Shown here: one piece after another, positions 26,371-32,000 of the stretch
Numbering within the stretch: position 1 is the first letter of the stretch
Layout of the letters: every line of letters starts with the position of its first letter
Assembly (NCBI GenBank): GCA_965219535.1
Contig: CBDCNV010000001.1
Coordinates: forward strand, 450,001 to 482,000
Direction: 5' to 3'
DNA: 32,000 nucleotides
Source: Opitutales bacterium
GTDB taxonomy: Bacteria > Verrucomicrobiota > Verrucomicrobiia > Opitutales > PNEW01
Notes under the pieces: model-generated
What the model was told of the DNA's origin: nothing
Seen by the model: the letters and a program-made list of their open reading frames with translations, nothing else
Databases searched by the model: none
Made by a program: the position numbers and the translations under genes

Positions 26371-26384
26371 ACGAATCGATTCAT

Positions 26385-26585
26385 TCAACTATTTTCATGG
26401 CGAAGCCTGAGCATATTCGTAAATGCCGCCACTTTTTTCTTCCGCCTTCTAATCTCTGATGGTTTTTCAAAATAGCGTTTAGAACGGACATCGCGAATCA
26501 CACCTTCGCGGTCGAGCTTTTTTTTAAGCCGACGGAGCGCGCGTTCCATGGGTTCACCCCTTCGTATTCTAACTTCTACTGGCAT
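26385..26585 (-). CDS. rpsU: 30S ribosomal protein S21
   Basis: MPVEVRIRRGEPMERALRRLKKKLDREGVIRDVRSKRYFEKPSEIRRRKKK is a canonical S21. ATG 26585 gives the usual length of about 66 aa. Confidence 0.9.
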   Translation of the reverse strand: MPVEVRIRRGEPMERALRRLKKKLDREGVIRDVRSKRYFEKPSEIRRRKKKVAAFTNMLRLRHENS

Positions 26586-26656
26586 ATCGCTATATGTGAA
26601 AAGATTGAAATCTGCAATTTTAGACAAAAGGGTCAATCCTTTTTTGAATGTGACAT

Positions 26657-26688
26657 GGGTAATAGGGTAAAAGGGGTAAAGTAATAGG
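26657..26688. repeat. 8-bp direct repeats (GGGTAAnA-like) in the rpsU / nucleotidyltransferase divergent spacer
   Basis: GGGTAATA GGGTAAAA GGGGTAAA GTAATAGG, read directly from the sequence. Confidence 0.5.
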
Positions 26689-26771
26689 AATAAACAAAAA
26701 ATTAAGTAAATTGAGCTATTTATAGCATAATCTCTTTTATTCTAGCCAGCCATACTATAGAACATAACAAA

Positions 26772-27677
26772 ATGAAACCGACATTGCTTATTCTCGCAGC
26801 GGGTGCCGGCAGCCGTTTCGGAGGCTTAAAGCAAATGGAATCTTTCGGCCCTAATAATGAAACGATTCTTGAGTACTCAATCTACGATGCCATTCGTGCA
26901 GGATTTGGAAAGATCACTTTTGTCATTCGCAGCGATTTTGAGGAGGCGTTCAAGCAACGCATCGGAGCGAAAGTCGCAGAGCGCATAGCAGTAGATTATG
27001 TTTATCAGGATTTAAATCAACTGCCAGCTGGGTATTTCCTGCCCTCGAAAAGGACAAAACCCTGGGGTACGGGTCATGCGATATGGGTTGCCAAAGACGC
27101 TATCGCGGAGCCGTTTGGGGTAATCAATGCAGACGATTTTTACGGTCGCAGCGCTTTCGAGGCTTTATTTAAATTTCTCTCTCAAGCGAACGAGAATGGT
27201 GATGGCAACTTATGTCTCATCGGCTACCGCCTCGCGAATACGCTCTCCGATTTTGGATCGGTTACACGTGGCATTTGCAAAGTAGATGATAATGACTACC
27301 TCGTAAACCTGGAGGAGCATTTTAAAATAGAGAATACCGCCTCCGGTCCCCGTTCATGTGATGCAAAAGGTAATATCAATACCTTGAGTGCGGACGCGGT
27401 CACTTCAATGAATCTATTTGGTTTTACACCCTCGGTGTTTGTAAACCTGGAATCGCTATGGATTGAATTTCTGGAAAAGCATGGTGGAGATTTAAAAGAG
27501 GAATTTTTAATCCCCACTGCCGTCGGCAAGATGATCAGTCTCGGTCACGCGAAACTTAAAGTCCTGATGACGGACGAAAAGTGGTTCGGGCTGACATATC
27601 CTGAAGATGTCAAGGTAGTCAGAACTCAAATTGAGGATCATGTGAGCAGAGGAACCTATCCCGCAGTGCTGGTGTAG
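26772..27677 (+). CDS. Sugar-phosphate nucleotidyltransferase (NTP_transferase family)
   Basis: 301 aa. N-terminal LILAAGAGSRFGGLKQ (GxGxR signature), KPWGTGHA, NADDFYG. Sugar specificity cannot be told from the sequence alone. Confidence 0.7.
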   Translation: MKPTLLILAAGAGSRFGGLKQMESFGPNNETILEYSIYDAIRAGFGKITFVIRSDFEEAFKQRIGAKVAERIAVDYVYQDLNQLPAGYFLPSKRTKPWGTGHAIWVAKDAIAEPFGVINADDFYGRSAFEALFKFLSQANENGDGNLCLIGYRLANTLSDFGSVTRGICKVDDNDYLVNLEEHFKIENTASGPRSCDAKGNINTLSADAVTSMNLFGFTPSVFVNLESLWIEFLEKHGGDLKEEFLIPTAVGKMISLGHAKLKVLMTDEKWFGLTYPEDVKVVRTQIEDHVSRGTYPAVLV

Positions 27678-27710
27678 GATAAGCCCAATGCGCTCTGGCA
27701 CAGTGGGAAA

Positions 27711-28463
27711 CTATGAGATAAAAATAGCGATGCCGGTCGAATTATCGGGACCGCCCCGATCATTCGCGATATCAATGAGACCGCGGATTAAGTTTTCCGG
27801 TGTGTCGGCTATAAGGGTTTCCTCATGCAGCTCTTCATCAGTCAATGTTTTAGAAATTCCGTCACTACAAATAAGAATGCGATCACCGGCTTTGAGGTCC
27901 TTATTATAAACATCCGTCTCAATTTCACCCTGTTGGCCAATACAGCGAGTCAAGGTGTGGGAAAAATATTCCGGAATTTCAGTGTCATCATCAGGTGCTA
28001 GACGCGAACGGATTTCCTCTTCCATCGTATGGTCGGTTGTAAGTTTATGCCATTTATTATCCCGGCAAATGTAAGCGGTGCAATCACCGATGTGGCCGAT
28101 GTCCATAGAGTTGTTCTTAAGATGAATGACAGTAAGCGTTGTGCCAATTCCGACTTCTTCGCTGACTTTTTTACCCTCTAAATAAACTGTTTCGTTAATA
28201 TTGTTAAATAGTTGCTCGAAATTGAGTGTACCGTTACTTTCTTTTTCAATTGATTTTTCAAGTACCTTGATCGCGAGTTTGCTCGCCAGTGCCCCGCGTG
28301 GAAGACCGCCAAGACCATCGGCAACTGCGTAGACTCTCTTGCTATCATCCACGTAAAGCATGTCTTCGTTTTTCTCACGCATTTTTCCACGATCAGAGAG
28401 CCCAAAGGAAGATACCTTTAAATTATCAACCACAGTATAGGAATTTGATTTAGAGGGGCACAT
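27711..28463 (-). CDS. PP2C-family serine/threonine protein phosphatase
   Basis: 250 aa. SDRGKMREKNEDM, AVADGLGG, LICSDGI and GGPDNSTGIAIFI are the conserved PP2C metal-binding motifs. Confidence 0.8.
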   Translation of the reverse strand: MCPSKSNSYTVVDNLKVSSFGLSDRGKMREKNEDMLYVDDSKRVYAVADGLGGLPRGALASKLAIKVLEKSIEKESNGTLNFEQLFNNINETVYLEGKKVSEEVGIGTTLTVIHLKNNSMDIGHIGDCTAYICRDNKWHKLTTDHTMEEEIRSRLAPDDDTEIPEYFSHTLTRCIGQQGEIETDVYNKDLKAGDRILICSDGISKTLTDEELHEETLIADTPENLIRGLIDIANDRGGPDNSTGIAIFIS

Positions 28464-28590
28464 ACCTGAATTACCTAAAAACTCCCCTATTGAGTCTCAA
28501 ATAAAAGAGGGTAGGCGTAGTCGCAATAGAAGGATATATTTCTATATTCGAACAAAAAAAACTTATATCAAATTATCCGTAAAACCTCAA

Positions 28591-30654
28591 TCATAAAGCT
28601 TCCAGGGGACAAAAGACGGTCTTTCTGTTGTCCCTGTTGAATTTTTCAAACTTATGATTGGGTAAGACAGATAAGAATTGCCGTCCATATTCCTTGTTTA
28701 GCAATCGTGAGTCGAGAATAGTTATCGTGCCACAATCTGTTTTCTTTCTAATCAAACGACCTATCCCCTGGCGGAATTTAATAATGGCTTCAGGTAAAGT
28801 AATTTCGAGAAAAGGATTTCCACCGCGAGCGGTTATCCAATCATTTTTTGCTTCACTCACGGGATGTGAAGGATTTTCGAAAGGGAGCCGCGTTACGACT
28901 ACCTGAGAGAGCGATGGACCAGGAATATCAACACCAGCCCAGAAACTGTCCGTGCCAAAAAGAATGCCGTTTCCAATTTCTGAAAATCTATGAACAAGAT
29001 CACTTCGAGAACCATCGCGTCCCTGCATTAAAAGTATTCGTTTCTTTTTATTGAATTGTTCTTCAATCGTCTTAGCTACCTGCCTCATATCCGTATAACT
29101 AGTAAATAAAACAAGACTTCCTCCTTGGATCTGAAGTGTGCAAAATGATATCGCATCACTTAAAAAAGCGGTATCCAGTTTTGCGGATTTACCGCTCGGT
29201 GGTGGCGAGTCTGATGCAATGAAAATGCGCATATTGTTTTCATAATCAAAGGGTGAATTAACCTGTTCCATTTCCACTCCTAGCGCCCCAACTTTCTCCC
29301 TGAAACCATCCATATCGGAACCTTGAGCAATTGTTGCGCTCGTAAGCAAGGCAGACACACCCCTGTCAAATAGACATTGCTTTAAATGAGAAGCTACATT
29401 GAGGGGGGCAGTACGCAGAACCACGTTTTGCCTGTTACGCCCGATGCGCTCTGCCCAATAAACAAGATCTTCATCGTCAAGGGAGATACACTGGTTAATG
29501 CCAATCTTAAAACCGGTTAATCGCGTGCGGAATGTTGTTAATTCATTCTTCATTGGCCCATCCTCCTGCTTGCTTGCCATTGTGGATACGCGATCGATGA
29601 GTTCCTGCAAATGAGGGCTTAGAGTAGGTTCACACCAATTTTCATGATATATTCGGACTATGTCCTGCTGATCGAGTAAATCGCGTCTGATACGGGTAAA
29701 AAAAATACTAGCTTCACGGATTATTTTTTCTACGGCTTCACAATCACCGGGGCTTCCGCAACGAGAGAGGAGACCTTTCTTTCGGCGAGGATTGTAAAGG
29801 CGCTTGAGCAATCGATCCAGTCCGAGTGAACTAATGCGATGCCCCAGCTGATCTGTAGCTACATCAGGTGCGGTCTGTGCTTCATCAATCACGATAAAGT
29901 CATTTGCATAAAGAATTCCACGTTCCTGATGGGGTACAGCTCCTGCTCCAATAAGGGAGAAGAGCAAACTGTGATTTATAATGATAATTTGAGCATTCTG
30001 TAAGCGTGCACGCGCTTTTTGAAAATAGCACGAATCAGGGTTGCAATGACGACGGTTACAGGCCGACGTGTCGGCGTTCACCCATTCCCAAACGGCGGGG
30101 TGAGGCATTGGGTTTAATTCATGAATAATGCCACTTTGTGTGTGGCGCGACCACTCAATTATACGATCGAGTTCTTGCTGCTCTGGGGTGGGAAAAAGGT
30201 CTAATTTCGACTCAATGGCTTGAGAGAGCCGTGTTGAGCACAGGTAATTGCCACGTCCTACAAGGAGGGCAGTCTTAAAGTCTTTATATTTTATCAGATC
30301 GGGCTGTTCTTGAAATAACTGTCTGCACAAAGGGAGGTCTTTTCTTTGGATCTGCTCCTGGAGAGCTATAGTATGCGTTGATATAATACACTGTCGATTA
30401 GTATCGACGGCGTAAATAATCGCGGGAATCAGATAAGCCATACTTTTTCCAACACCCGTTCCGGCTTCAAAAATCAGGGAAGAATCCGTCGTAAATGCCT
30501 GGGCAGTGGCAATTGCCATTTGTTCCTGTTCAGGTCGATACTCTAAATCTAAAGCATTTTGCAGCCACCCGTCCTCACAGAACGTATTTTCTGTAATATC
30601 GGGAACAAAATCTGGTTCCCTGTTATTATCATACGCTTCTTTCAGGCCGATCAT
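28591..30654 (-). CDS. DinG/XPD-like ATP-dependent DNA helicase (SF2, Fe-S type)
   Basis: 687 aa. Walker A EAGTGVGKSMAY, a DEAQ box, four cysteines in the expected Fe-S insert (YLCSTR..., ACNRRHCNPDSCYF), and C-terminal LFTSYTDM, VTRLPF and GRLIR motifs. Confidence 0.8.
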   Translation of the reverse strand: MIGLKEAYDNNREPDFVPDITENTFCEDGWLQNALDLEYRPEQEQMAIATAQAFTTDSSLIFEAGTGVGKSMAYLIPAIIYAVDTNRQCIISTHTIALQEQIQRKDLPLCRQLFQEQPDLIKYKDFKTALLVGRGNYLCSTRLSQAIESKLDLFPTPEQQELDRIIEWSRHTQSGIIHELNPMPHPAVWEWVNADTSACNRRHCNPDSCYFQKARARLQNAQIIIINHSLLFSLIGAGAVPHQERGILYANDFIVIDEAQTAPDVATDQLGHRISSLGLDRLLKRLYNPRRKKGLLSRCGSPGDCEAVEKIIREASIFFTRIRRDLLDQQDIVRIYHENWCEPTLSPHLQELIDRVSTMASKQEDGPMKNELTTFRTRLTGFKIGINQCISLDDEDLVYWAERIGRNRQNVVLRTAPLNVASHLKQCLFDRGVSALLTSATIAQGSDMDGFREKVGALGVEMEQVNSPFDYENNMRIFIASDSPPPSGKSAKLDTAFLSDAISFCTLQIQGGSLVLFTSYTDMRQVAKTIEEQFNKKKRILLMQGRDGSRSDLVHRFSEIGNGILFGTDSFWAGVDIPGPSLSQVVVTRLPFENPSHPVSEAKNDWITARGGNPFLEITLPEAIIKFRQGIGRLIRKKTDCGTITILDSRLLNKEYGRQFLSVLPNHKFEKFNRDNRKTVFCPLEAL

Positions 30655-30767
30655 CTTATTATTTTTCGGTATTTTTTAGCTGCGGTAATTATTGAAGGAA
30701 GATTGTGGCAATGACGATTAAGATTTTGAGTTTGCTTTTTAACAGCGTCGTGGCAAGGAGTAGAGAT

Positions 30768-31475
30768 ATGCCAGATTCGTTGATCCAAAAACTGCTTGTT
30801 CTACAGGATTGTGATGTAAACTGCGACCGGTTGGAGCAGCAGATAAAAAACATTCCTCTTGAGATCCAAAGGTTTAAAAATAAAATAAAAGAGGAAATAG
30901 CCAGTATCGAGTTACTTAAGGAAAACTTGATTAATCTGGAGGTCAAAAGAAATGATGTGGATACACGTCTTGGTACCGTTGAAGAACAGCTTGGCAAATA
31001 TAAAACCCAACAACTGGAAGTTAAAAAAAATGACGAGTATCAAGCTTTGGAGCACGAAATTTCGACCCTCAACGTGCGCAAAGATGAACTCGAGGATGAG
31101 GAAATAACTGTGCTCATCGACATCGACGAGCAAAAAGAGAAGGCCATAGCAGAAGAATCGAGCTACAATAAAAATATTAAGGAGCTCGAGGGGCACATAG
31201 CCAGATTGCGTGAACAGGAAAAAGAAGTGGAAACACAATTGGTTGAGGCGAAACGGGCCAGCGATAATGCCTCTGCAGAGATTGATTCTAAAGTTTTAAG
31301 TGTATTCAAAATGATTAAAACCAGTATTAATCGCAGCCCCTATGTTGTGCCATTGGAGGGGAGTAAATGTACAGGTTGTTACATTCGTGTCTCTAAAGAT
31401 GTGGAAAACGCCGCGCATAAAACTGAAGAATTGGTACGTTGCAGCAATTGCAACCGGATAGTTTATCAGCTCTGA
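30768..31475 (+). CDS. Coiled-coil protein with C-terminal C4 zinc ribbon (COG1579/DUF164-like)
   Basis: Long coiled coil followed by CTGC...x...CSNC. ATG 30768 sits 7 nt downstream of AAGGAG (30755-30760), one of the few clear Shine-Dalgarno sites in the window. The ORF track start at 30705 is less likely. Confidence 0.7.
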   Translation: MPDSLIQKLLVLQDCDVNCDRLEQQIKNIPLEIQRFKNKIKEEIASIELLKENLINLEVKRNDVDTRLGTVEEQLGKYKTQQLEVKKNDEYQALEHEISTLNVRKDELEDEEITVLIDIDEQKEKAIAEESSYNKNIKELEGHIARLREQEKEVETQLVEAKRASDNASAEIDSKVLSVFKMIKTSINRSPYVVPLEGSKCTGCYIRVSKDVENAAHKTEELVRCSNCNRIVYQL

Positions 31476-31545
31476 ATTCGTTTTGCTCTAAAATTAATGC
31501 AAAAAGTCCCTTGCTCCCTGAAATAAAAAGGCTTATGTTTTAATT

Positions 31546-31950
31546 TCGGTTTTCGGGGAGAATGCATTCGCTCTGATTCTTGCAATTGGAGAGGAAAGTC
31601 CGGACATCAAAGGGCAGGATTCCTCGCGAAAGCGAGGGCGTTTTCGGTTCAAACTGAGAATGACGGATAGTGTCACAGAAAATAAACCGCCCTGTAGGGT
31701 AAAAGCTGCAGGGTAAGGGTGAAAAGGTGGGGTAAGAGCTCACCGCCCTGAGGGCAACCAAGGGGGCATGATAAACCCAATCCGGTGCAAGACCAAATAG
31801 GGGACCGGGTGGCCCGCCCATCGGTCCCGGGTGAGTCGCACTCCTTTTACGAGGAGATCGGGTCGCGATTTCGCGGTCTGATAGATAGATGAATGCACTC
31901 GTCCTTTTAGGACGGGACAGAATCCGGCTTAATCTCCCCTGAAAACCGAC
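31546..31950 (+). ncRNA. rnpB: RNase P RNA, bacterial type A
   Basis: Universal conserved regions are present: GAGGAAAGTCCGGAC (CR-I), GTGTCACAGAAAATAAACCGCC, GGTAAGGGTGAAAAGGTGGGGTAAGAGCTCACC, and ACAGAATCCGGCTTA (CR-V). P1 pairing between 31546-31560 (TCGGTTTTCGGGGAG) and 31934-31949 (CTCCCCTGAAAACCGA). Confidence 0.92.
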
Positions 31951-32000
31951 TTTCAATTTAGAGGCTGTCGGGCTCTGCCCGCGGTAAGATGTAGGATTGC

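Noticed and set aside
6105-26373. CRISPR interpretation of the repeat arrays
   Set aside because: Units are 7 nt, directly tandem with no spacers, imperfect and scattered at many loci. No cas genes are present.
26586-26636. 17-codon N-terminal extension of rpsU in the ORF track
   Set aside because: S21 proteins begin at the MPxVxV motif. ATG 26585 gives the canonical length, and the extension has no homology.
27711-30654. PP2C phosphatase plus DinG-like helicase as a possible signalling or defence module
   Set aside because: Both are common stand-alone housekeeping-type genes. There is no adjacent kinase, nuclease, methylase or other defence-associated partner, and nothing unusual in domain content that I can see.
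31540-31956. 138-aa minus-strand ORF
   Set aside because: It lies exactly antisense to the RNase P RNA gene. The universal rnpB conserved regions on the + strand explain the sequence, and the ORF is a GC-rich artefact.

Overview
Bacterial chromosomal window with about 24 protein genes, one decayed transposase gene and RNase P RNA. Positions 1-9210 hold an ABC-transporter-dependent surface-polysaccharide locus: three GT4 glycosyltransferases, a SAM methyltransferase, a Wzt-type ATPase with a long C-terminal extension, a GT2, gmd and a Wzm-type permease. The rest, in order: a decayed RAYT/IS200-like Y1 transposase pseudogene; an RND efflux pair (lipoprotein adaptor plus AcrB-like pump, no outer-membrane factor in the window); a secreted TPR protein; xylB; a GT1 UDP-glycosyltransferase; dnaE; a nitroreductase; rnhC; mutY; rpsU; a sugar-phosphate nucleotidyltransferase; a PP2C phosphatase; a DinG/XPD-like helicase; a COG1579-type zinc-ribbon coiled-coil protein; and a type A rnpB. 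By eye most start codons lack a Shine-Dalgarno sequence. I saw no tRNA, rRNA, CRISPR array, prophage or recognisable defence system. The one signal gene content does not explain is a dispersed family of imperfect 7-bp tandem repeats. The unit is GATTGNC when read in the sense of the gene that has just ended, and CAATCGN on the opposite strand. At least 13 arrays occupy intergenic sites and start within about 15 nt of a stop codon, or overlap it. At six loci a second, inverted array lies beyond a variable core, so the pair can fold into a long hairpin. The smallest copy is a textbook hairpin plus T-run terminator. Two ORFs (mutY and the GT1) take their last codons and stop codon from the repeat. 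I interpret the family as a REP/BIME-like 3'-UTR hairpin or terminator element, possibly linked to the decayed RAYT-like gene. That interpretation is inference; only the repeat pattern itself is seen directly in the sequence.
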